DNA of 64,000 bases from assembly GCA_010909165.1 (NCBI GenBank), contig VJWM01000019.1:992001-1056000 (forward strand). Reading direction: 5' to 3'. Made by a program: the position numbers and the translations under genes. Below are positions 47,560-59,300 of this stretch, one piece after another. Numbering within the stretch: the first letter of the stretch is position 1; each line of letters begins with the position of its first letter. The notes beneath the pieces are model-generated. The model saw only the letters and a list, made by a program, of their open reading frames with translations, did not search any database and was not told where the DNA came from. Source of the DNA: Anthoceros angustus. Its lineage: Eukaryota; Plantae; Anthocerotophyta.

Positions 47560-48739
47560 ATGGGTTTCACTTGCTGAAAATGTCTTTGCCACTTTCATCA
47601 CGATGATGAGGAACAAGAGAAGGTGCATGAGGGACAGACCATTGATGGGAAGCAAGCCGCAACAAGTCCTTGAGCAACAGATAGAGCAAATCGTGCGACT
47701 GCAGGAGAATATAAACAAGGAAGTAGAGAGGGTTATGGAGAAGAGGGGGAATAATGAGGAGGAACAGGCCCCACCTCCCAAGGAATAGGGCCCAATTCAT
47801 CACAAAAAGGAGAGATTAGGAATCAAGTGAGCGGCTCACGCACGCCTACCAACATCCGCTTGGTTGGAAGACAAATTAGGACTGAAGCATATTGGAGGAA
47901 AGGCAAGACCAGGAAATCCGATGCAAGCGCGGTAGAGTTGGGGAACAACGGTGATGTAAGGGCATTAGTGAACGTGCCCATGCCAGGGGACAATTGCTCG
48001 AGGGAAGATGCCGAAGAGATAACCGTCAGAGGGCCAGCGAGAATGCTCACAGCAATGTTCCAGTGATTGGTGATGTGGATGCTCCCGTTGATGTTAGAAG
48101 TAATCACAAGGATGCTCAGGAATTTGGCATTCAAGTTGTAGATGGTGACTCATCTGCAGATGGTGTTAAGGTCTTTGAAAACACTCCAGTGACTTCCATC
48201 AGGCAAGGCACAAGCGCTCAAGTGGTTGGACATGGTTCCCAAACGGTGTTTGGGAACAAAGGTGCCTGTGTTCAACTTGATGATAAGGGAGAAGATAATC
48301 AAGCTGTAAACAACAAGAGTCCAACAACGGAGGATTCATCACATGCTCACTGTACGAAGAGTAAAGCGTTGTAGAATGAAATCTCAACTGATTGATCTGA
48401 CTGGGGAAGAAGCCAAATTGGAGGGCAACCTAGCTATGTGAAGTGAAGGCACGAAAAGCTAATCTAGGGATAAGCATTCAGCAACACTGTGATAAGCTGG
48501 AGAGGAGCAAAAAGGTAATTAAACAATATTTGTTGGTAGATGAGAGAGCTACAGATTTGATTAATGACTTGAAAGATGTGTTGCATCTGAGTGGATCAGC
48601 TGGGAATGCTTCAACTAACTCAGGTATTCCCAAAAGAAAAGCTGAAGCGGTGAGTATGGCACCAAATAAAAAGGGGAAATATGGTGATTCAAGATGCAAG
48701 AAGGAAGTGTCGGGATGCCCCAAGACATTAGGTCCATAA
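47560..48739 (+). pseudogene. Decayed about 390-codon ORF of unknown type (possible N-terminal CxxC, coiled coil, low complexity)
   Basis: A chain of same-strand partial ORFs (47603-47788, 47994-48374, 48443-48739) with purine-rich coding-like composition; no family recognised. Confidence 0.35.
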
Positions 48740-48869
48740 AAGTCAAAAATAAGAAAAAAGATGGCAAATGTTACCCGACCCAGTGTTGGTGACGAAATCT
48801 TGAAGGAGCACTTTTATTGTAGAGAAATATTCCAAGTAGAGGTAATTTTGAAGATAATCATTTCTTGGG

Positions 48870-49386
48870 ATGATCAATTTATCATGGAATGATAATTTCA
48901 CTTTGAGTGACTGTGTTGAATTGAAACTCGATTCTGATATCAATGTTTATGTTGTTTCAATTTTGAAACTGTTATGGAATGATTTACAAGGGAGACAAGT
49001 TATATTGATTCGTGATTTCAACAACGAAATTTGAAGCAAAATTAATCAAATAATTAAATTTCCGTAATTACTCTAGTAACACAACTGTATGAGTTGGTGT
49101 AGAGGAAGCACGTATCCAGAGAGAACTTGAGGACGTGGAATGTACCATATTATGGAATAAGCAGGGCAATTAATGCCTTGAGGATTGGAGCAAAGTATGC
49201 GCTCTGATGATCACTCTAGTGATCATTATTGCATGTTGCTTTGTGATAGATATAATGATGGATGGAACATCTATTGTTTAGAAACGCTATTACAGGCAGT
49301 ACTAGAGGGACAATGGTTTTGTTCTATGTGCACAACAATTGAAAAGAGGGACAATGGTTTTGTCCTATGTGCACAACAATTGAAAA
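48870..49386 (+). pseudogene. BAH-like plus PHD-finger remnant
   Basis: FTLSDCVELKLDSDINVYVVSILKLLWNDLQGRQVILIR resembles a BAH N-terminal half. MLLCDRYNDGWNIYCLETLLQAVLEGQWFCSMC is a PHD with Zn ligands mutated (C to Y, H to N). A 41-bp duplication lies at 49305-49386. Confidence 0.55.
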
Positions 49387-49547
49387 CATGTACAAAAATG
49401 AATGAGTAAGTAAGTAACTGATTGTTAATCGTGTTTATAAATGTGTTATTGTGCACAGATTAAGAGGGTGAGTTAGAGACTTTTAAATCAAAATCATGAT
49501 AAAAATACAAGGGAGAGAATTAGAGCATTCTTGTTGATATTGTATTA

Positions 49548-49887
49548 CTAAGAACATGACAGGTCTAAAGACCACAATTAGAAAAGACCACTAAGATGCT
49601 AAGTACGAATATGACAGGTCTAAAGACTACAATTAGAAAAGATCACTAAGATGCCAACTACGAATATGATAGGTCCAAAGACCACAATTAGAAAAAACCA
49701 CTAAGATAGCAAGTAAAAATATGACAGGTCTAAAGACCACAATAAGAAAGATCACTAAAATGGCAAGTAAGAATATGACAGGTCTAAAGATCACAATAAG
49801 AAAGAGCACTAAAATGGCAAGTAAGAATATGACAGGTCTAAAGACCATAATAAAAAAAGATCACTAAAATGGCAAGTAAGAATATGA
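49548..49887. repeat. 54-55 bp minisatellite, about 6 copies
   Basis: ATGA(C/T)AGGTC(T/C)AAAGA units start at 49556, 49611, 49666, 49721, 49775 and 49829, with a partial unit at 49884. Confidence 0.95.
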
Positions 49888-50045
49888 GATGCGTAATATA
49901 AATTAGTGCACTATAAATTATAAAGAATATGGTGTCATAATTTGGGACTGATCACCCCAATATAATAAGATAAGATATCTTAAAGCAAGATTTGCTAAAA
50001 CACGACATTTGTAAGAGTATTGAAAAACCAAGCTAGCTAGTTTGT

Positions 50046-51026
50046 ATGAGAATACTGAAAAAAACAATGGACATGAATGATACTGCCTATGCCCTCGATT
50101 CACAACATTTGCCCCAGATTGCCAAGATAGATGAAGGCACGTATGCCGAAGTATTCAAGTTTAAATACAATATAATTAAAATTGTACCCCTTCGCAAAGA
50201 GTGCGAGGAGCAACATCTTGAAGTGATAAACAAGGAATTACTGATTGCGGAGACTTTGGCCACCTTACAAGATGCAAAGGCTCCTTTTTTCTGCACTAAT
50301 TTCTTATGCAACAAATCCCATGCAATATGGAAAGGACCACTCTTTTCCGAATTTCTTACTGCAAAGGCACAATGGTCAATGTCCAATAGAACAAGGTTTC
50401 CTTTGGAGTATCCACCTTGTCAAAGGTTTAAGATGATTGTACAAGAAGATGCCGGGATTCCTTTATCAAAATTCCGATTTCACACATTGCAGGAAATCAA
50501 AAGCATGTTGTTGCAAGTGACTCTTGCTTTACACGTAGCACAAAAAGCTTATGGATTCGAGCATCGTGACCTCCATACAAAAAATATTCTTCTGACTTAT
50601 ACTGGAGATCAACAAAGTGTTGAATTGTATACCGTATGCAATAGAAAGAAAATAATCAAAACATACGGAATAAGGGTATCCATAATAGATTTCGGATTAT
50701 CACGTATGCAATGTGATACACAAGTCCTATTTAGCAATGTGGCGAAATTTGAGCCGACGGAATATCATTTGCGATGCACTTGGAACCATGTGCATGAAAT
50801 TGTGGGATCAAATTGGGACCATAGTTTTCCTAAGATCAATGCAATATGGATCAATTATCTAACTCAAGTCATTGCTGAAAACCAGATTGAAAACCAAGAA
50901 TTGCCCTTAAATGACCTTCAACAATTATTTGATTTTGTTGGACGAGTAACATTGTGTAACACAACAGCAGAAATTGGAAGAGACCAATTTTTTGAAGATA
51001 TGTGGCTAAGAGAAATATTCGAGTGA
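50046..51026 (+). CDS. Stand-alone intronless haspin-like Ser/Thr kinase (326 aa)
   Basis: KIDEGTYAEVF, IIKIVP, QEIKSMLLQVTLALHVAQKAYGFEHRDLHTKNIL, KTYGIRVSIIDFGLSR and FPKINAIWINYL are haspin-family signatures (haspin: FEHRDLHWGN, TFGV..SIID(F/Y)TLSR, TNVLWLHYL). Confidence 0.85.
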   Translation: MRILKKTMDMNDTAYALDSQHLPQIAKIDEGTYAEVFKFKYNIIKIVPLRKECEEQHLEVINKELLIAETLATLQDAKAPFFCTNFLCNKSHAIWKGPLFSEFLTAKAQWSMSNRTRFPLEYPPCQRFKMIVQEDAGIPLSKFRFHTLQEIKSMLLQVTLALHVAQKAYGFEHRDLHTKNILLTYTGDQQSVELYTVCNRKKIIKTYGIRVSIIDFGLSRMQCDTQVLFSNVAKFEPTEYHLRCTWNHVHEIVGSNWDHSFPKINAIWINYLTQVIAENQIENQELPLNDLQQLFDFVGRVTLCNTTAEIGRDQFFEDMWLREIFE

Positions 51027-51417
51027 AGTCAAACTACTTTATGATTCTTACTCAAAAGTTAAGATGGCATTATAACCCAACGATGAATTAGACATACACT
51101 AAAGGTCGAGTGCATAATTCTTGCATTTTTTCTCAAAAAGGATTCCTTGTATTCTCATTTTCACAAGGATTAGATAGGAAGGCAGCTAGATGCACTCGTT
51201 AAAAAGAAAGTTAGGCATGAGACTTTCTTCAATATAGATATTAATAAATAAAATTTTAAATAAAAGTTATAATATTCAAATATTATGAATTTTTTATCTC
51301 CAAAGATCTAGTAACGTCATGAGTTCTGTGGTTTGGTCTGGTGGTTAGATCTCGTTCCTGCCTTGTGTTAGAATGATCGCACTTTCCACATACTCTAACC
51401 TGCACTTCTTATAAGGA

Positions 51418-51672
51418 ATGACACGATACTGGCCATGAATTCACTGGATGAAACTGGTTAAGCAACCCTTTGGCCAGAACACTACTGGGATGGGGTACCA
51501 CTCACCTACCCAATTACTCTTGGCCCTTGGAGTGACACAGTAGCCATGAGTTTATGGGCACTCCGTGGTTAAGCAACTCTCCGATGCGGAATTGCTCCTA
51601 GCCATGGCCCTTGGTGGTGTGTCCGTTATGATGCCATGAGTTCATTAATGCACTCCGTAGTTAAGCAACCAT
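51418..51672. repeat. Three degenerate about 100-bp repeats; related copy at 22579-22677
   Basis: GCCATGA(A/G)TT...GGTTAAGCAAC x3; GGAGTGACACAGTAGCCA and ACTCCGTGGTTAA are shared with 22579-22677. Confidence 0.75.
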
Positions 51673-52091
51673 CCGATGCCCAATTTGTCACATGCAGATG
51701 CATGCAGACTGTGAGCGGACAAGCCGGCTATTGTCAACAAGTAGTCAATTTTATGCTTTCGGTATTTCCGATTTACCTAGGGTCATGAGTTAATTATCCG
51801 TTATACTTATTTATTTTTTTGACAATAGCTATAGAATCGGCCATGGGCCCACCTTGACAATTTTTTGACGCAAGAGATCGAGTTTATTGATGAAATACAT
51901 AGTCACTCGGACTAACACCCAACAAAGCTACATAAGCCACAAAGCTTTTGAATTTGCATAACTAAGTGGGATTTGCATGAAGGGTTGGGACCTCGCCTAA
52001 GCTCAAAAATACAAAAGAAGAAATCAAAATTCTACTGCATAATGTAAACCTCTAGCTTACTTGGAGGTAATACCTAGTGACTTAAATATAG

Positions 52092-52733
52092 TTAATGTTT
52101 CTGCAACCTCCACGATTCATCGCGGTCCAGAACTTTATTTTTAAGCCCGGGATAAAGTATTATCGGATTTTGAAAGGAACATCCTGGCTTGCATGTACCA
52201 TTTGAGAAAAAAGGCCCTGATTCAAGTTTAGATTTACTTAGCTTTTGGCGTCCGTTTAGAATCGGCCCCGGGCTTGGCTGGGGTCCACGTTTAGACCTCC
52301 TCAACGGCTTAGGCTTGTCGAATATTGGCACCACTTGAGCTGGTTTGGCTATGCCTGGTGCAACTTCCCAATCGAAGGCAACACCGGGAGTTGCTGGCCG
52401 AAAAGATGGAGATCTCTCAAGTTTGTCTGGCCTCTTGCTGTACTCAATTTCTTCGCTACTTATTTCTTCGGTTGTTTTTCCTGCATTTCCAAATTCATTC
52501 TCGGTGTCCACCTCGTCACTCGCGGTACAAGCACTTCCATGTTTGTCAGTTGAGGTACTAGCACTTCTACCTTTGTGCTTCCTACTAGCACCTCCACCTT
52601 TGTGCTTCAACGTAGGTTTTGCTCCCTCACTTTTAAACTGTCCCATAGTGAATTTCGCAAGCTTAATTGAGAGCTTCTTTGTCTTCCGGAGTGCCTTCCG
52701 GTAAGACCTCTTGAGAACAACACCCAGCTGCAT
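52092..52733 (-). CDS. Intronless orphan protein, copy B (213 aa), with a VAFDWEVAPGIAK motif
   Basis: Intact ORF paralogous to 44427-44945; the motif resembles the VPFxWExxPGxPK motif of DUF688-type plant proteins. Confidence 0.72.
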   Translation of the reverse strand: MQLGVVLKRSYRKALRKTKKLSIKLAKFTMGQFKSEGAKPTLKHKGGGASRKHKGRSASTSTDKHGSACTASDEVDTENEFGNAGKTTEEISSEEIEYSKRPDKLERSPSFRPATPGVAFDWEVAPGIAKPAQVVPIFDKPKPLRRSKRGPQPSPGPILNGRQKLSKSKLESGPFFSNGTCKPGCSFQNPIILYPGLKNKVLDRDESWRLQKH

Positions 52734-53028
52734 TGTCGTTTCAATAGAAAATTAAGAAATTTAAGCATAGAAGTACCGGAAGATAGCTTGAGCGTTTTGA
52801 TTTAATCTGATAACGATTGTTACATATATAGAGAGGAGAAACTTCATTTATCCTTGGTCCTCGGAGAAAATACATATCGCAATAAGATGCACCAACGTGT
52901 TAAGCTGTGCGAAGATTCACCGGGCTTGAATCTACCCGGTATGCCCTTAAAAATTGCTCGAGATCAATTACTTGAACTCCCAGTTTGCGTTCGACGCCGA
53001 CAAAAAATTCTCCTGAGTGTCATGCATT

Positions 53029-55559
53029 TCAGCTGGAGCCACGTCCAGAAGACAGGGTGAAGGGGATGCTAGGTGCGTTACTTGGAGCCTGGAGACTGAA
53101 CCCCCGACCGCCTCCATAGGACTGGTCTTGCTCGTCACCAGATGCCCTCACACTAGCACGCTCATTCCCATACCTTTGCTTCCCCTGATCCAGCTTTGCC
53201 CCTGTTGCCCACTTTTCTTTTGGGCTGGAGGTTTCATCACCACCTTTGCTGACTGCGGATTCATCCTGAGAACTACTACTACTTTGTGACTTGGGCACAT
53301 TTCCTCCTGCAATGCCTTTGTATATGGATAGAGCTTGAGCCATCATACTTGCTGGATCTGACGCATTGGTTGGAAGAAGCATGGTTGTACCCTGAGACAA
53401 AACTCTAACATATCAAGAGTGTCGCCTCAAAACTGTCCATGAAAGAGTATCACCGATGTCCAAGCAAGAGTATCACCGAACTGGATTTGCAAAGGCAAAG
53501 CGGCAGCACAGGTAGAGGGATTCCAGAAAAGTGTGCCGACAAAAAATAACACATACCTCTTGGGCAATTTTACCAAAGGCGTGCAAGTATTGCTCTGCGA
53601 TTCTCAAGGATGCAGCCTGTTACAAAACAGGCATCAGTTCCTACACACTGTGAACCAAATGTACTGCCATATACAAACTATACTAGATTTTTCAGGTCTG
53701 TGCACAATATCTAGCATACCAAACTTTGTCCATGCTTCAACTGATCTTGTAACAATCACTGTTGTGCTCTTTACCACAAAACACACTCCCAGTTCAAGAA
53801 TTGAACAGATGCATTTGGTTGATAGGTTAGAGTTCAATTTCGACCTCAGCACCACCATCGGCTCTGATAGCATGAGACAGCTCCTTTATACCCTTTGCTG
53901 TTGCCTCAGCTTTTGCAAAAATAGCTTCAGCCTCTCCTGCAAGTCATGCAACAACAATGTCACCTACAATGATTTCAAGGTCAAACATGGATACATCTTT
54001 CCATCGTGTGCAATGCAGCCTCACCTCGAGCTCGGTTGACTTGATCTGTCATGGCAGCTTCAGATTCCAAGATGACAGAGTTTTTTTTTCCATCAGCTCG
54101 ATTTATGTGTGCTTGCCTCTCTCCTGTTAGCAGGTATGCCACTATGTCAATTTGCCGATCATCTAGTCCACACAGTACTTGGACCAAAGTGAGGATCACT
54201 TGCCTTCAGACTCCAGCACCTGAGCTCGCTTTCGTCGTTCTGCTTCAGCCTGCATCTCCATAGCTGCTTTTACTCCAGGTGGGGGGGATATGTCCCCTGC
54301 AGGCAGAACTTCCTATGAATGGCACATTCACCTGCTTCTCATGCTCATGTAATGCAAAAAACCACTGTAAATCATGAAGCCTCATGTAGAGTCAATAAGC
54401 TTAACGAATTTCATATCGGAGACAGGTGAGGCCCCAGTCTGTAGCTGCTTCATTGATTGATTTCTGCACAGGACAATCACCAATCAGAGGTGCATGAGGT
54501 CATGGCTGGAAAACCATCACTCAACCAACGGATACGGATACTCTGCAATTCAAGGCTCACCACAATGTTTTCATTCAACATATCTCTCTCCTCAAACGTC
54601 TTGTCAAGGGTGATCTTCCCAAGTTCACTCCTCATCGTGGTTTGTGCAAGCTGTATGATTGCATAAATGGGATTTTCCACTCCATATGATGCCTTTATTG
54701 GGTCAACAACCTGATAGAAAACCACATCAGTCTCCGCTTCCTTCAAAGGAGTCCCACTCCTAGTGCCGATCTTCCTCCCACATACCGTCAGGAACCAGCA
54801 AGTCTCAAAACACGTCCAGCTATGCTTAGTTCTAGGAAGCCCAGAAAGCAACAAAGTCTAAAGGCAGTACCTTTACATAAAGGACACCATCGATGGATAT
54901 GCTGACATTGTCTTTCGTGATAGCTGTCTGATTAGGAATAGGTATAGCTTCTTCCTTCAGTGAATGCACGTAGGCAATTCTATCCACGAGGGGAATCAAC
55001 ACATGTATGCCCGATCCTAGGGTCTTCATGTATTTCCCGAATCGCTCCACGACAAAGGCACTCTTCTCCGGCACTATCCGAACCCCCCAGTTTGTCGGGG
55101 GGCTCACTTCATACCTTCAAGGAAACCAGGAATTTACACAACACTCCTCACAATCCCACCATCATGCAGCTATCAATGCCCTTTTCCAGAACTCAAACCC
55201 TAGTCACAAGACTACGTGATGAAGCAGACCCGGATCCGAAGTCTAAACCACAAATCAGATGATAAAATGCAACTGCTCCCCGTTGCAGACTCAAGCAACT
55301 GCCGATTCCAATAACCTGCATTCCCCATAGCATAACGCTATCCATAACCCACAGCTCACCTGTAGGTGGCGTCCTCCCGGAATCGGCTGAAAGACCGAAC
55401 TCCCCCCAATGCTGCGCCCAGCTCAAGCCCGGACGAACTGCTGGCAGCAGATTCGTGCAGAGCAAGCCCGATCTGAGACCCCGATCCATGCGGCCCGGAA
55501 GCCGACCTCAGCACAGCCCTTACCACGGCCGCACCGGCCCTCCTGCTCCTCCCTGCCAT
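53029..55559 (-). CDS. SLP: Stomatin-like protein (SPFH/Band 7, mitochondrial SLP1/2-type), multi-exon
   Basis: [24 protein letters not shown]; [29 protein letters not shown]; [28 protein letters not shown]; [19 protein letters not shown]; [19 protein letters not shown]. Confidence 0.95.
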
Positions 55560-56364
55560 CCTCCCCGCTCACGCAACGCGCGCCGAAAGAAGCCCAACTC
55601 CTCTCCTACTCCATCCCGATCCACCGCGCCGATTCTCCCGCAAGGAGCATCCAAATTTAGGCAAGCGCGCCCGCTGCAGGAAATTACACTTACAGCCGCA
55701 GCAAAAAACGGCGATCTCCACAGCAATCCAGAGAAGGCCCCAGGCTCACCAGCCGATGCATCAGGTGAGCTCTGGAGCCGCTGATTTTCAGTCCCCTTAG
55801 CGCAAAATGCAGAATCGTGATGCGGATTAGGGTTTGACTTGGGCTTTCAGCATTCGGTGACACCGGTAACGGGTAACCGGTAACCGGACGGGAGAAACGG
55901 AACATGGGAGGGAGAAGCCGGGTCCAAGTCTCGTTGTGAAGCTTCGCCGGACCGGTCTGCTGGCCGGGCGCGGGAGTCGGAGACTCTAGAGCAAAGGAGG
56001 CAGCAGGCCGCGGCCTTCACGACTGCGGCTGCCTCGTTCGGCGCGGAGCGTCGAAGTGTGAAGCGTGAAACGCGAAGCTGGAGCGGAGCGTGGAGCGTGG
56101 AGCTTGGAGCTTGGATCCACGATCTCCGCCCGGGTGAGGGCAGCGAGGTAGAGGGGCCTGAGCCGACCCGACCCGAGCCGGCTGCAGCTGCCGGATCGCA
56201 TGCTGAATCTGCCAGGCATTCCGGGGCAAGGGGGCGGTGCGATGGTGCCCTGGTGGATCCGGGTGGACGGGAATCCGTAGCGCAAGAGACGGGCTTGCGG
56301 GGACATTGCCGGAGGGGAGCAGGGTTCAGTGTGGAAGCCCGGGAGGTAGATCAGGGCAGCAGGG
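55560..56364. promoter_or_regulatory. GC-rich divergent promoter/5' UTR region between SLP and AP2A, with a telo-box
   Basis: Head-to-head start codons; TTAGGGTTT (AAACCCTAA on the minus strand) at 55827-55835. Confidence 0.55.
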
Positions 56365-59300
56365 ATGGCGGTCTCAGGAATGAGAGGGCTCTCGGTGTTC
56401 ATCAGCGACGTGCGGAATTGTCAGAACAAGGAGCAAGAACGCCTGCGGGTGGACAAGGAGCTGGCCAACATCCGGACGCGCTTCAAAAACGAGCGAGTAC
56501 GTTATGTGCCGGGTTTGGGGTCGAAGTGTGGATTTTGCCAGCTTCGGCATCGGCATTTTTGGTTGCGGGTTTTTGGGAGGAAGGCTGAAGGATCTGGGTT
56601 TTGGGAGGACTGCGGCATCCTCCAATGTGTGTGCTGTCGTGTGGTGCTGCAGCTTTTCAACTTAGTCACGACAGCCCGTGTTTGCGTGTCAGCAGGGTTT
56701 AACGCCTTACGAGAAGAAGAAGTATGTGTGGAAGATGCTGTATATCTACATGCTCGGTTACGACGTTGACTTTGGGCACAGGGAGACTGTTGCCCTGATC
56801 TCAGCTCCTAAGTATGCAGAGAAGCAGGTCGCGACTGATCCTGGTTCTGCCTCTGCACTTTTCCGGGTGTGCCCCTGTGTTGCTTTGGTTTCCTGTTACT
56901 GATGCTCTATCTGAGGTTGTTGTGTGCTTCGGACCAGGTGGGTTATATTGTTACGTCTTGCTTGCTGAACGAGAACCATGATTTTTTGAGGCTTGTCATC
57001 AACACTGTCCGTAATGATATCATCGGCCGCAATGAAACTTTTCAGTGCCTGGCGTTGACCATGGTAATTCGTTTTTTCCTACCAATTCTCGTCAGCTATT
57101 CCTTGCAGCAATGTATGTCGTGCTCTCAGAACAGCTGTTGTTGTGCTGGATGATGATATGCCTGTCTGTCCCAAGCACTGGTGGTGATCATTGATAGGTC
57201 ATGGTTTCGAGATTTTCATACATTACGTCCTCCTGTCAACTGCAGGTTGGAAATGTCGGTGGCAAGGAGTTTTCTGAGTCATTGGCTCCTGATGTTCAAA
57301 AGCTTCTGGTGAGGAGCAGCAAGTACCTGCATTCAGCAGAAGTTTGGTTGCTGTGAATTCTGCAACCTGAACTTCATGGACCTTCTGTTACAGATCTCTA
57401 GCAGCTGTAGGCCCCTCGTCCGAAAAAAGGCAGCTCTTTGCCTGCTTCGGCTGTATCGAAAGAATCCGGATGTTGTGAATGTCGACGGCTGGTAAGTTGG
57501 ATTTATTAGGCTCCCGTACGGCTCTTATCAGTCCTTACTTGCAAGCATACTGGCAGGCATGTGTGCACATTATTGGAGACAGTTCAGTCATTCTTCCAAT
57601 TGTTTATGGTGAACAGGGCTGATCGCATGGCACAACTGCTGGACGAGAGGGACATCGGTGTACTCACTGCTGTCATGAGTTTACTTGTGTCACTGGTGGC
57701 AAGCAGTCCAGAGGTGTATGGAAACTGTGTTCCTAAATGTGTCAAGACCCTTGAGAGGTTAACAAGGAGCCAGGACATTCCCCAAGAATACACTTACTAT
57801 GGGATTCCATCTCCATGGCTACAGGTTTTCTACTACTCCATCTTTTCCTTGCGGCATGTGCGCCCTGGTGAACAAAAGGCAGTCCTTACCGCAGAATTTA
57901 TAAAATGCATCCAGTCTGGAGTCACCAAATTTCAAATCCTTCAGGATCAAATGTTCGATTAGTTGATCGATGATGAATATTATAGTCTGAAGGTAGAATG
58001 GCTGATCGTAAGGGCTGCAATTGTTTTCTTATTCTGTACCATTTGCATTTTACAGGTAAAGACAATGCGCGTACTGCAATACTTTCCAGCTGTGGAGGAT
58101 CCAACAATTAGGAGGGCTCTTTTTGAGGTACCAGGCAACATCTGAAAATCTGACTTCTCTACAGGCCTTGGGCATGTGTTCAATGGAAGATTGCTGGGCT
58201 GGGGTTATGCAGGTTCTTCAGCGGATAATGATGGGGACTGATGTTGTAAAGAACGTGAACAAAAACAATGCCTCCCATGCGGTTCTTTTTGAAGCTCTAG
58301 CTCTTGTAAGCAACAGTTTCCTATGATGTTTATGGTCTCTTCTGTATGTCTTGAGCTCCGCTTTGTCGTGGATCCACTATGACTCCTTTTATATATTCTG
58401 GTCAATCACCAGGACATGGTTTTGGGGGTCTGATGCCTCGTTTGCTGAAGTGCAGGTTATGCACCTGGATGCCGACAAGGACATGCTGTCGCAGTGTGTC
58501 ACGCTGCTTGGGAAGTTCATTGCCGTTCGGGAGCCAAACATCAGATACCTTGGATTGGTACATCACCCAACTCAGCTCCTTGATCTGTTCTGAAGCTATC
58601 ACCTCTAGCAGTTCACCCTTGGCTGGTGAGGGTGCGCAGCATATAATACAGTATTTGCCATGCAGGAAAACATGACAAGAATGCTGCTGGTGACAGATGT
58701 TCAAGATAGCATCAAGAGGCATCAAGCCCAAATTATCACGTCACTGAAGGATCCTGACATTAGGTACCAAACCAGATTCTGCACTATACCAAACCTTTTC
58801 ACACTAGAGATCTCTGTGATGGCTGGTTCTGATTTCCACTGGAATGGGAATCTTAAGTATACGGAGAAGATCACTGGATCTGCTATATGGGATGTGCGAT
58901 GTGAGCAATGCAAAGGATATTGTCGAGGAGCTCTTGGAGGTGATAATCATGCTTCTAGACACTCAGTCTGCAATGGGTATCTCACCTTGCGGGTCTTAAC
59001 CTGCCTTCTGCATGTTGACGCAGTATCTTACGACAGCAGACTTTGGGATCCGAGAAGAGCTGGCTCTTAAAGCTGCGATCTTAGCAGAGAAGTTTGCTCC
59101 AGATTTGTCCTGGTAAGCAGTTGATCAGTTACAGGTTTATCTTCTCTCATTCTAGCTCCTTTGATGTCTCCGTGTAGATGTCACTGCATGGTTCACCACT
59201 CTCCAGTCACGGCCACAGCAATGAGCTATGTATGTGATATGAACCCTTTTTCCCTGTCTGTGTTTTAGGTATGTGGATGTGATTCTTCAGCTCATAGAGA

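Larger units (their letters stand above)
45400..52000 (+). mobile_element. Putative decayed cargo-carrying element (giant transposon or endogenous viral segment)
   Basis: Visibly AT-rich, intronless, co-oriented ORFs/remnants with minisatellites. No transposase, capsid, TIR, LTR or TSD identified, so the mobile nature is inferred only. Confidence 0.4.

Noticed and set aside
49633-49848. Hydrophobic repeat protein (VFRPVIFLLAIL...)
   Set aside because: Artefact of translating 54-bp minisatellite units; neighbouring 55-bp units break the frame.
51727-51829. Tiny MITE (11-bp inverted repeat GCTATTGTCAA/TTGACAATAGC)
   Set aside because: No TSD and no second copy in the window; insufficient support.
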